A stretch of DNA of 64,000 nt, from NCBI GenBank assembly GCA_950097015.1, contig CATNEN010000008.1, positions 2,480,001 through 2,544,000 of the forward strand, read 5' to 3'. Within the stretch, counting starts at the first letter, position 1; every line of letters starts with the position of its first letter. This document shows positions 12,695-24,044 of the stretch, one piece after another. The DNA comes from Macrostomum hystrix. Its lineage: Eukaryota; Animalia; Platyhelminthes. Position numbers and translations under genes: made by a program. Below the pieces are notes generated by a model, which made no database searches, had not been told where the DNA came from, and saw only the letters and a list, made by a program, of their open reading frames with translations.

Positions 12695-14696
12695 TCAGAA
12701 CACTTGGAGCTGTTGGCTTGCACCGTTCCCCGCTAATTGGACATTAAGGTTTGGCTTGAGGGCCTTGATGTACATGGCTTCAAGAATGGTCAGTTTGTAA
12801 TCTTGCCTACACGTGTCAACAACTTTGAACAGTTCAAGTGGCTCCTTATTACAACAACTATCGCAACCTAGCAAATGGTCCCGGATAGCAGAGTTTTTTA
12901 CCCAATGCTCCTTAGCCCTCGTGTACAAATGTCGTTTAGTCTTTCCCACGTAAGTGGTGCTCTGATCCACAGAACAATTGAATTGGTACACGACACCTGC
13001 AACAAGTGGCCTTGGAACACGGGATTTCAATCTGCTAACAAAACGGGAAATCTTGTCGGTGCGAAAGATGACCTTGATATCAGAGTCAAACCATTTACGG
13101 AAAATCTTTTCAAGTTGTTTCTTGAACATCATCGAAGGGATTCCAATAAATGGCAGGATAATCATGGGAGTGTTCAGGTCCTTATCTCTATCCCTGTCCC
13201 TCTGCATGCGACGATTAGTGAATTTGTTGTTCATGAACTTGTTGATGTGGTAATAAATGTAGTTTTTGGGATAGCCATTGGCACCAAAGATCCTAAGCAG
13301 TTCAAGGGTTTCAAGATGGAACATTTCCCAGGAGCTACAAATCGTAAAGGCTCTCTGAAGCATGCAACTAATGAGACCTGATTTCCATTGCCTTGGGCAC
13401 AGAGCGTCGAACCGTAACATGAGCCCAGTGAACGTAGATTTCCGGAACACACCCGTGGAGAAAACGCCCTTCTCAGCATCAACGTTAATGTCGATGTCAA
13501 GAAAAGGGAGGCGTCTGCCACCGCCTTCCACAGTGAACTTTATGTTCTCGTGGGTTGAGTTGATGGCTTTTAGAAAGTCCTCCCTCTTGGCCTCATCGTC
13601 AAAGATGGTGAAGGTGTCATCCACGTAGCGTTTGTAGAAGTGAGGGGCACATGGCAGCTTTAGCCACTCCTTCTCCCAATGGGTCATGCAAATGTTGGCA
13701 AGGGTGGGGGCCAGTGGGCTACCCATAGCACAACCATCAACCTGCCGGTAATATTTGTCCTGGAACAAGAACACCCCAGAGGTAGCGTATCCAAGCATTT
13801 TCTTGAACGTCACTTTGGAGAAAGGTGGGGGATTGTTCTGAAACACCAGATCAGCGGCCAAATCAATAGCCAACTTCAATGGGATGTTGGTGAACAGCGA
13901 CACCACATCGAAGCTGAACAGCTTGTCATTGGGATTGACGGTGTACTGATTCAAGGATTTGAGGAAGGCCCCGTTAGAGTTGACACTGGCACCCTGCTCA
14001 ATAAGGGGTTTGATCAAAGCATCAAGGTACTTCGCAAGTTCATACTCAGCCGTTCCAATCATAGAGACGATGGGTCTCAAAGGGTGGTCGGCCTTGTGAA
14101 CCTTGCAAAGACCATAGAGCTGCCCTGGCTGGCTGCCACTCGGAGACAGACGCTTGAAAATGTCAGGGCTAACGTGCGGTTTGAGATGCGTTCTCAGAAA
14201 AGATTGCAGGCTGCGTTCATTCTTAAGAATGGGATGAGACATGGTCACCTGTTCAGCGGTACCCAGGCAATGGAACTTGGTCTGATCGTGCACAATCTTG
14301 TTAAGCTTTTCCATGTAATCCGAGTTGTCGAGGATAGCAACCCCATAGCCTTTATCATAGCCAGTAATTTTGATCTGCTCATTTTCCTTGAGGCCTTTCA
14401 TCGTTTTGTGGACCAGTCTATTCCTCTTGTTCGTAACCATGTTAGTAGCTTTGGTAATGAAAGTTTCAAAGCCGGTAATGAGCCTATTCCTACAATCGGG
14501 TGGTAGGTGCAAACCATTCGTCCCAGCGTTCCTAGTACGGAGACACTTACCGGTAGCAATCTCGATCTCAGTGGCGATATGATGCTTATTGAACCGACTG
14601 GGCAGGCTTGGATTTCTAAGCCCATACTGCAGACAGTTAACTTCAGAAATGGAGAGTTGGTGACTTGACAGGTTGGTGATCACCTTATCGACCGGT
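12695..14696 (-). CDS. Penelope RT + GIY-YIG endonuclease (5'-truncated)
   Basis: RT motifs FDVVSLFTNIP, GCAMGSPLAPTLANICM, RYVDDTF; GIY-YIG GVVYQFNC...YVGKTKRHLYTRAKEH and LEAMYIKALKPNLN. Confidence 0.9.
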
Positions 14697-14779
14697 TACC
14701 GACCGATCACCTTATCACCTTATTCACCTTATCGAGATCGAGACAACTGCAAGAGCAACTGGAAAAACAGAAGACTCTT

Positions 14780-16921
14780 TTGAGATCCCAGCTCGGAGTG
14801 ATTTCTTACGCTGCTCTGTGGCACCTGGTGTCCAAGAAGACGAACGAGCAACTACAATTTGACGTCCAGAGACTCAAGAAGAAATTGTTGGGCCTGTGGA
14901 CCCAGAGACAATGTGGTTTACCGGTCGATAAGGTGATCACCAACCTGTCAAGTCACCAACTCTCCATTTCTGAAGTTAACTGTCTGCAGTATGGGCTTAG
15001 AAATCCAAGCCTGCCCAGTCGGTTCAATAAGCATCATATCGCCACTGAGATCGAGATTGCTACCGGTAAGTGTCTCCGTACTAGGAACGCTGGGACGAAT
15101 GGTTTGCACCTACCACCCGATTGTAGGAATAGGCTCATTACCGGCTTTGAAACTTTCATTACCAAAGCTACTAACATGGTTACGAACAAGAGGAATAGAC
15201 TGGTCCACAAAACGATGAAAGGCCTCAAGGAAAATGAGCAGATCAAAATTACTGGCTATGATAAAGGCTATGGGGTTGCTATCCTCGACAACTCGGATTA
15301 CATGGAAAAGCTTAACAAGATTGTGCACGATCAGACCAAGTTCCATTGCCTGGGTACCGCTGAACAGGTGACCATGTCTCATCCCATTCTTAAGAATGAA
15401 CGCAGCCTGCAATCTTTTCTGAGAACGCATCTCAAACCGCACGTTAGCCCTGACATTTTCAAGCGTCTGTCTCCGAGTGGCAGCCAGCCAGGGCAGCTCT
15501 ATGGTCTTTGCAAGGTTCACAAGGCCGACCACCCTTTGAGACCCATCGTCTCTATGATTGGAACGGCTGAGTATGAACTTGCGAAGTACCTTGATGCTTT
15601 GATCAAACCCCTTATTGAGCAGGGTGCCAGTGTCAACTCTAACGGGGCCTTCCTCAAATCCTTGAATCAGTACACCGTCAATCCCAATGACAAGCTGTTC
15701 AGCTTCGATGTGGTGTCGCTGTTCACCAACATCCCATTGAAGTTGGCTATTGATTTGGCCGCTGATCTGGTGTTTCAGAACAATCCCCCACCTTTCTCCA
15801 AAGTGACGTTCAAGAAAATGCTTGGATACGCTACCTCTGGGGTGTTCTTGTTCCAGGACAAATATTACCGGCAGGTTGATGGTTGTGCTATGGGTAGCCC
15901 ACTGGCCCCCACCCTTGCCAACATTTGCATGACCCATTGGGAGAAGGAGTGGCTAAAGCTGCCATGTGCCCCTCACTTCTACAAACGCTACGTGGATGAC
16001 ACCTTCACCATCTTTGACGATGAGGCCAAGAGGGAGGACTTTCTAAAAGCCATCAACTCAACCCACGAGAACATAAAGTTCACTGTGGAAGGCGGTGGCA
16101 GACGCCTCCCTTTTCTTGACATCGACATTAACGTTGATGCTGAGAAGGGCGTTTTCTCCACGGGTGTGTTCCGGAAATCTACGTTCACTGGGCTCATGTT
16201 ACGGTTCGACGCTCTGTGCCCAAGGCAATGGAAATCAGGTCTCATTAGTTGCATGCTTCAGAGAGCCTTTACGATTTGTAGCTCCTGGGAAATGTTCCAT
16301 CTTGAAACCCTTGAACTGCTTAGGATCTTTGGTGCCAATGGCTATCCCAAAAACTACATTTATTACCACATCAACAAGTTCATGAACAACAAATTCACTA
16401 ATCGTCGCATGCAGAGGGACAGGGATAGAGATAAGGACCTGAACACTCCCATGATTATCCTGCCATTTATTGGAATCCCTTCGATGATGTTCAAGAAACA
16501 ACTTGAAAAGATTTTCCGTAAATGGTTTGACTCTGATATCAAGGTCATCTTTCGCACCGACAAGATTTCCCGTTTTGTTAGCAGATTGAAATCCCGTGTT
16601 CCAAGGCCACTTGTTGCAGGTGTCGTGTACCAATTCAATTGTTCTGTGGATCAGAGCACCACTTACGTGGGAAAGACTAAACGACATTTGTACACGAGGG
16701 CTAAGGAGCATTGGGTAAAAAACTCTGCTATCCGGGACCATTTGCTAGGTTGCGATAGTTGTTGTAATAAGGAGCCACTTGAACTGTTCAAAGTTGTTGA
16801 CACGTGTAGGCAAGATTACAAACTGACCATTCTTGAAGCCATGTACATCAAGGCCCTCAAGCCAAACCTTAATGTCCAATTAGCGGGGAACGGTGCAAGC
16901 CAACAGCTCCAAGTGTTCTGA
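14780..16921 (+). CDS. Penelope RT + GIY-YIG endonuclease polyprotein (713 aa from an internal TTG; frame open back to the 14736 junction)
   Basis: Uninterrupted ORF with YGLCKVHK, RPIVS, DVVSLFTN, MGSPLAP, YVDD, FLD, thumb region, then GIY-YIG with extra Cys/His residues typical of PLE endonucleases. Confidence 0.95.
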   Translation: MRSQLGVISYAALWHLVSKKTNEQLQFDVQRLKKKLLGLWTQRQCGLPVDKVITNLSSHQLSISEVNCLQYGLRNPSLPSRFNKHHIATEIEIATGKCLRTRNAGTNGLHLPPDCRNRLITGFETFITKATNMVTNKRNRLVHKTMKGLKENEQIKITGYDKGYGVAILDNSDYMEKLNKIVHDQTKFHCLGTAEQVTMSHPILKNERSLQSFLRTHLKPHVSPDIFKRLSPSGSQPGQLYGLCKVHKADHPLRPIVSMIGTAEYELAKYLDALIKPLIEQGASVNSNGAFLKSLNQYTVNPNDKLFSFDVVSLFTNIPLKLAIDLAADLVFQNNPPPFSKVTFKKMLGYATSGVFLFQDKYYRQVDGCAMGSPLAPTLANICMTHWEKEWLKLPCAPHFYKRYVDDTFTIFDDEAKREDFLKAINSTHENIKFTVEGGGRRLPFLDIDINVDAEKGVFSTGVFRKSTFTGLMLRFDALCPRQWKSGLISCMLQRAFTICSSWEMFHLETLELLRIFGANGYPKNYIYYHINKFMNNKFTNRRMQRDRDRDKDLNTPMIILPFIGIPSMMFKKQLEKIFRKWFDSDIKVIFRTDKISRFVSRLKSRVPRPLVAGVVYQFNCSVDQSTTYVGKTKRHLYTRAKEHWVKNSAIRDHLLGCDSCCNKEPLELFKVVDTCRQDYKLTILEAMYIKALKPNLNVQLAGNGASQQLQVF

Positions 16922-17141
16922 TGTATGAGGCACGCTCTCTCTCTGAGTTGTGTGTGCGCTCCTCTCCAACCTCTGGTTCGCCTTTTGACCTGCCCATCGG
17001 ACTTTATCTCACAATGTACAATAACCTTTTAAACACCTACGTTTTCGTTTCTCAATAAATCGACCCTGTCCATCGGACTTTAACTCACAATGTGCAACAA
17101 CCTACTTTTAAATACCAGTGTTTTCGTTTTCAATAAATCGA

Positions 17142-17176
17142 CCCTGACGATGTCCGCTTAGGACGAAAAGCTTCGG
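17142..17176 (+). ncRNA. Minimal type I hammerhead ribozyme motif in Penelope pLTR
   Basis: CTGACGA (17144-50), T, stem II GTCC-gctta-GGAC, GAAA (17165-68), palindromic stem III AAGCTT, then C at the predicted cleavage site. Stem I shows only CC/GG. Minimal hammerheads are an established feature of PLE pLTRs. Confidence 0.7.
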
Positions 17177-17244
17177 CACTTTAAACTTATGTTGGCAATT
17201 TCATTTCTTTTCCTGTTGCTTATAAAGCGAGTTACCTTACCAGA

Positions 17245-17895
17245 ACTCCTACTACTACTCCTACTACTACTACTACTACTACTCCTACTACTGCTACTAC
17301 TCCTACTGCTACTACTCCTACTACTACTCCTACTACTACTACTACTACTACTCCTACTACTGCTACTACTCCTACTGCTACTACTCCTACTACTACTCCT
17401 ACTACTACTACTACTACTACTCCTACTACTGCTACTACTCCTACTGCTACTACTCCTACTACTACTCCTACTACTACTACTACTACTACTCCTACTACAG
17501 CTACTACTCCTACTACTACTACTACTGCTCCTACTACTGCTACTACTCCTACTGCTACTACTCCTACTACTACTACTACTGCTACTACTACTACTGCTCC
17601 TACTACTGCTACTACTCCTACTGCTACTACTCCTACTACTACTACTACTGCTACTACTACTACTGCTCCTACTACTGCTACTACTCCTACTGCTACTACT
17701 CCTACTACTACTACTACTGCTCCTACTACTGCTACTACTCCTACTACTACTACTCCTATTACTACTACTACTGCTCTTACTACTGCTACTACTCCTACTG
17801 CTACTACTACTCCTACTACTATTACTACTCTGCTACTACTCCTCCTACTACTACTACTGCTCCTACTACTGCTACTACTCCTACTGCTACTACTC

Positions 17896-17931
<36 letters not shown>

Positions 17932-18154
17932 CTACTACTACTACTACTCCTACTACTACTGCTACTACTACTCCTACTGCTACTACTACTCCTACCACTA
18001 CTACTACTACCACTACTACTACTACTCCTACTACTACTCCTACTACTACTCCTACTACTCCTACTACTACTACCACTACTACTACTACTCCTACTACTAC
18101 TACTACTGCTACTACTACTCCTACTACTACTACTACTCCTATTACTACTACTCG

Positions 18155-18197
<43 letters not shown>

Positions 18198-18200
18198 GCT
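17245..18200 (+). repeat. Thr-codon (ACT/CCT/GCT) repeat, remainder of the mucin-like exon; duplicated at 23092-24047
   Basis: Same repeat as 6291-12401, including the same 1-nt frameshift near 17829. Confidence 0.9.
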
Positions 18201-18826
18201 ACTACTACAAATAATATACTAAAGGCTAAAATGACTAAAACTTTGCTCAAAACTGCAGAGATGCGCAGGACAATGGCTGGTGCTGTTGTAGGCATAGACA
18301 ACGTCGTAGTGTCAACTTTGTCAATCGTCACATCATGGCTCCCATCCAGGCGATTTTCTCAAAGCACAGGTAGTCACAGGTAGCTAATGATCTGAAAGTA
18401 GCAGCTATACGAGCTCGTACAGAACTATACTTTTCAGTTGAATTGGGAAACATGATACTGATCTAGCCTCAACTAATTCTTGTTAACAAACCTTTTCATA
18501 ACACCTTGACAACAGAAAGTCCATCAGGAAACCCAAAGCTAACCCAAAATCACACATTTAAGAAAAAACTAAACCTTTCATTTTTTTACTGAAGTAGTGT
18601 TGACAACTCGAAGTCCTTCTACAAGTAACACTTTATTTCATTACAACTTTTCAACTGTTCGGATTGCAATCCTTAGTTTCCATTGTCTAATGTTATTAAC
18701 AGAGTGCGTTTGCTTTTGCCACCGCAGCCCTCGTGCAAATGTAGCAGCCGTTCTCGCTGTGCGGTTTCTAATTGCCCTAATTTCTATTATTTGTACTTTG
18801 GTCTCACGTGAGTGACGTGTTACCTT

Positions 18827-18915
18827 GGTAGCTGAATGTGCCCGAGCGGTAAGGCACTCCCTAATATTCTAATTCCAGTCTTCCGGGGCTTTGCGCGGTG
18901 GATTGAAGTTGCCCA
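18827..18915 (+). pseudogene. Degenerate tRNA-Leu-like relic (copy at 24674-24762)
   Basis: GGTAGC...GTGCCCGAGCGGT-AAGGCACT and TCCAGTCTTCCGGGGC resemble the eukaryotic tRNA-Leu D arm and variable arm. The anticodon stem does not pair and the B box is corrupted. Confidence 0.3.
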
Positions 18916-19117
18916 GTAGTCACGATCAGTAGACTGGAGGGGTGAGAATTCCTTCTTAATACAGTCGGGAATTGCATATTTATACCTTACTGATCATACA
19001 TTACGTATGATTTCAGTATAGTTACTAGCAAGTTTTGCCCCCCTTCGGGGAGCAGAAATACTTTTAATTCGTCTAGTATATACTTTTTAGCAGCTGAATT
19101 TACAGCTTTTTAAAGCT

Positions 19118-20750
19118 ACAATGAACCCCCAGTTGACAATGATCCCCCAGTTGACAATGATCCCCCAGTTGACAATGAACCCCCAGTTGACAATGAACCC
19201 CCAGTTGACAACGATCCCCCAGTTGACAATGATCCCCCATTTGACAATGATCCCCCAGTTGACAATGATCCCACAGTTGACAATGATCCCCCAGTTCACA
19301 ATGATCACCCAGTTGATGATGATCCCCCAGTTGATGATGATCCCCCAGTTGAAAATGATCCCCCAGTTGACAATGATCCCCCAGTTGACAATGATCCCAC
19401 AGTTGACAATGATCCCCCAGTTGACAAAGATCCCCCAGTTGACAATGATCACCCAGTTGATGATGATCCCCCAGTTGATGATGATCCCCCAGTTGAAAAT
19501 GATCCCCCAGTTGACAATGATCCCCCAGTTGACAATGATCCCCCAGTTGACAATGATCCCCCAGTTAACAAAGATCCCCCAGTTCACAATGATCCCCCAG
19601 TTGATGAAGTCTCCCCATTGATGATGATCCCCAGTTAACAATGTTCCTCCATTTGACAATGTTCCCCCAGTTGACAATGATCCCCCAGTTGATGATGATC
19701 ACCCAGTTGACAATGATCCCCCAGTTGACAATGATCCCCCAGTTGACAATGATCCCCCAGTTGACAATGATCCCCCAGTTGATGATGATCCCCCAGTTGA
19801 AAATGATCCCCCAGTTGACAATGATCCCACAGTTGACAATGATCCCCCAGTTGACAATGATCCCCCAGTTGATGAAGTCTCCCCATTGATGATGATTCCT
19901 AGTTAACAATGTTCCTCCAGTTGACAATGTTCCCCCAGTTGACAATGATCCCCCAGTTGATGATGATCACCCAGTTGACAATGATCCCCCAGTTGACAAT
20001 GATCCCCCAGTTGACAATGATCCCGCCGGTTGACAATGATCCCACAGTTGACAATAATCCCGCCGGTTGACAATGATCCCACAGTTCACAATGATCCCCC
20101 AGTTGATGAAGTCTCCCCATTGATGATGATTCCTAGTTAACAATGTTCCTCCAGTTGACAATGTTCCCCCAGTTGACAATGATCCCCCAGTTGATGATGA
20201 TCACCCAGTTGACAATGATCCCCCAGTTGACAATGATCCCGCCGGTTGACAATGATCCCACAGTTGACAATGATCCCACAGTATACAATGATCCCCCAGT
20301 TGACAAAGATCCCCCAGTTCACAATGATCCCCCAGTTGACAAAGATCCCCCAGTTCTCAATGATCCCCCAGTTGATGATGCTCCCCAGTTGATGATGATT
20401 CCCCAGTTGACAATTATCCCCCAGTTGACCATTACCCCCCAGTTGACAATGATCTCTCAGTTCACAATGACCCCCCAGTTGACAATGATCCCCCAGTTGA
20501 CAATGAACCCCCAGTTGACAATGAACCCCCAGTTGACAAAGAACCCCCAGTTGACAATGATCCCCCATTTGACAATGATCCCCCAGTTGACAATGATCCC
20601 CCAGTTGACAATGATCCCCCAGTTGACAATGATCCCCCAGTTGACAATGATCCCCCAGTCGACAATTATCCCCCAGTTTACCATGATCCCCCAGTTCACC
20701 ATGATCCCCATTTTGATGATGACTCCCCAGTTGACGTTGATTTTTCAAAC
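19118..20750. repeat. 18-bp satellite (cccagttgacaatgatcc) inside Helitrons; also about 24965-26597 and 28596-29590
   Basis: Tandem 18-mers giving QLTMIP / PPVDND / NWGIIV pseudo-ORFs. Confidence 0.95.
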
Positions 20751-21815
20751 GCTGGGTTAGCCAAGATTCAAACTCAGGTTTCGCCATGTTTTAAACCCTG
20801 GTGGGCTATGATTCAAACTCTCGTTTTGCCATGATTCAGACTCTGGTTGGCTATGATTCAAACTCTGGTTTAGCCAAGATTCAAACTCTGGTTTTGCCAT
20901 GATTCAGACGCTGGTTTAGCCATGATTCAAACTCTGGTTTAGCCATGATCCAGACTCTGGTTTAGCCTTGATTCAGACTCTGGTTTAGCCATGATTCAGA
21001 CTCTGGTTTAGCCATGATTCAGACTCTGGTTTAGCCATGATTCAGACTCTGGTTTAGCCATGATTCAGACTCTGGTTTAGCCATGATTCAGACTCTGGTT
21101 TAGCCATGATTCAGACTCTGGTTTAGCCATGATTCAGACTCTGGTTTAGCCTTGATTCAGACTCTGGTTTAGCCATGATTAAGACTCTGGTGTAGCCATG
21201 ATTCAGACTCTGGTTTAGCCTTGATTCAGACTCTGGTTTAGCCATGATTCAGACTCTGGTGTAGCCATGATTCAGACTCTGGTTTAGCCATGATTCAGAC
21301 TCTGGTTTAGCCTTGATTCAGACTCTGGTTTAGCCATGATTAAGACTCTGGTGTAGCCATGATTCAGACTCTGGTTTAGCCATGATTCAGACTCTGGTTT
21401 AGCCATGATTCAGACTCTGGTTTAGCCTTGATTCAGACTCTGGTTTAGCCATGATTCAGACTCTGGTTTAGCCATGATTAAGACTCTGGTGTAGCCATGA
21501 TTCAGACTCTGGTTTAGCCATGATTCAGACTCTGGTTTAGCCATGATTCAGACTCTGGTTTAGCCATGATTCAGACTCTGGTTTAGCCATGATTCAGACT
21601 CTGGTTTAGCCATGATTCAGACTCTGGTTTAGCCATGATTCAGACTCTGGTTTAGCCATGATTAAGACTCTGGTGTAGCCATGATTCAAGATCTGGTTTA
21701 GCCATGATTCAAACTCTGGTTTAGCCATGATTTAAACTCTGGTTTAGCCATGATTCAAACTCTGGTTTAGCCATAATTCAAACCCTGGTTTAACCATGAT
21801 TCAAAATCTGGTTTC
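20750..21815. repeat. 23-bp satellite (actctggtttagccatgattcag) inside Helitrons; also about 26597-27662 and 29595-32215
   Basis: Highly homogeneous tandem 23-mers directly adjoining the 18-bp array. Confidence 0.95.
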
Positions 21816-22988
21816 CAAAATTAAAATTAAAAAATTTGCTTTGCATCCATCACTACTGACTGAAAATTATTTTAAATATTTGACGCAGTGCAGATTTGGT
21901 TTAGTTTAGTCTGGTTTAGTCATGATTAAAACTCTGGGTTAGCCTTGATTCAAACTCGGGATTAGCCATGATTCAAACTCTGGGTTGGCATAAGGGAATT
22001 AAAAATTTCCCACTTTGACGCAGTGCAGAGTCGAACCAAGGACACTTCGCCTTGCCTAGCCTAACCTATTCCTAGTGCCTACACATCGGCTATTCCTTAT
22101 TATTAGCCTTATAAAATGAATTCTCAAAGTTCTGGCTTTGTACAAATAGAGTACACTTATAGGTTCTGTCCAGATCGTGCAGGCTTCTAACTCAGTCAGC
22201 TAGGGAGTGTTGCGCAAGTTGACGATGCAATTCCAATTTAGCGGCAGTCAGTGAAATTCTGACATGGGTGTGAAAAGATGTGATGCAATCTATTTATAAA
22301 TAAATTCGCACTGACTGTCTCGCCAGTGGGGTTGACACAGTGAAATTCTTATCAGTGTACTCACTTTTAACAAAACTGGCCCTGATGCAATCATTAAAAT
22401 TGGCAGTGGTGTGCACGTTGACAAAACTGGCTCTGATTGAATGCATTAAAAATCCTATCTAAAACAGTTTTTCGAATATTTAATCCCTTTAGCAATAAAT
22501 TTAAGCTTAATAAAAATACGTGTATAATTGTCCCCATAATTGGCATCTTTTGGTGAAAAATAGTGAAAATCGGTTAAGCCGTTTTTGAGAAAATCGATCG
22601 CGCATACATATATATATATAGATAGTTTTCATCTTTAGTTATACATCATTATACATCATCATACATACATCATCATTATACATTTAGTTGTACATCAAGG
22701 CCCTCAAGCCAAACCTTAATGTCCAATTAGCGGGGAACGGTGCAAGCCAACAGCTCCAAGTGTTCTGATGTATGAGGCACGCTCTCTCTCTGAGTTGTGT
22801 GTGCGCTCCTCTCCAACCTCTGGTTCGCCTTTTGACCTGCCCATCGGACTTTATCTCACAATGTACAATAACCTTTTAAACACCTACGTTTTCGTTTCTC
22901 AATAAATCGACCCTGTCCATCGGACTTTAACTCACAATGTGCAACAACCTACTTTTAAATACCAGTGTTTTCGTTTTCAATAAATCGA

Positions 22989-23023
22989 CCCTGACGATGT
23001 CCGCTTAGGACGAAAAGCTTCGG
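22989..23023 (+). ncRNA. Hammerhead motif, duplicated copy in a solo pLTR fragment
   Basis: Identical to 17142-17176 at offset 5847. Confidence 0.7.
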
Positions 23024-23742
23024 CACTTTAAACTTATGTTGGCAATTTCATTTCTTTTCCTGTTGCTTATAAAGCGAGTTACCTTACCAGAACTCCTACT
23101 ACTACTCCTACTACTACTACTACTACTACTCCTACTACTGCTACTACTCCTACTGCTACTACTCCTACTACTACTCCTACTACTACTACTACTACTACTC
23201 CTACTACTGCTACTACTCCTACTGCTACTACTCCTACTACTACTCCTACTACTACTACTACTACTACTCCTACTACTGCTACTACTCCTACTGCTACTAC
23301 TCCTACTACTACTCCTACTACTACTACTACTACTACTCCTACTACAGCTACTACTCCTACTACTACTACTACTGCTCCTACTACTGCTACTACTCCTACT
23401 GCTACTACTCCTACTACTACTACTACTGCTACTACTACTACTGCTCCTACTACTGCTACTACTCCTACTGCTACTACTCCTACTACTACTACTACTGCTA
23501 CTACTACTACTGCTCCTACTACTGCTACTACTCCTACTGCTACTACTCCTACTACTACTACTACTGCTCCTACTACTGCTACTACTCCTACTACTACTAC
23601 TCCTATTACTACTACTACTGCTCTTACTACTGCTACTACTCCTACTGCTACTACTACTCCTACTACTATTACTACTCTGCTACTACTCCTCCTACTACTA
23701 CTACTGCTCCTACTACTGCTACTACTCCTACTGCTACTACTC

Positions 23743-23778
<36 letters not shown>

Positions 23779-24001
23779 CTACTACTACTACTACTCCTAC
23801 TACTACTGCTACTACTACTCCTACTGCTACTACTACTCCTACCACTACTACTACTACCACTACTACTACTACTCCTACTACTACTCCTACTACTACTCCT
23901 ACTACTCCTACTACTACTACCACTACTACTACTACTCCTACTACTACTACTACTGCTACTACTACTCCTACTACTACTACTACTCCTATTACTACTACTC
24001 G

Positions 24002-24044
<43 letters not shown>

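Larger units (their letters stand above)
12402..14696 (-). mobile_element. Penelope-like element, inverted 5'-truncated copy
   Basis: Reverse complement of 14920-17214 (coordinate sum 29616), with both ends checked base by base. Its ORF 12695..14683 is identical in protein to the plus copy. Confidence 0.95.
14736..17245 (+). mobile_element. Penelope-like retroelement, 5'-truncated, with 3' pLTR
   Basis: Intact RT/GIY-YIG ORF, then a 3' region with a ~76-79-bp tandem repeat carrying AATAAA (twice) and a hammerhead motif. Ends at the Thr repeat near 17245; no clear TSD. Confidence 0.95.
19025..22643 (-). mobile_element. Non-autonomous Helitron H1 (family-B head missing terminal TCTA) with internal satellites
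   Basis: Minus-strand 3' end: hairpin GCTCCCC-GAA-GGGGGGC, 8 nt, then CTAG|T at 19025-28. The 5' end matches TCTATATAACTAAAGATG but is cut by the duplication junction. Confidence 0.85.

Noticed and set aside
12875-16741. Overlapping antisense and short ORFs within the Penelope arms
   Set aside because: Shadows of the RT ORF, mirrored by the palindrome.
17189-18214. 341-aa poly-Leu/poly-Tyr ORF (and copy at 23036)
   Set aside because: Chance fusion of the Penelope pLTR ATG to repeat DNA; not a plausible protein.
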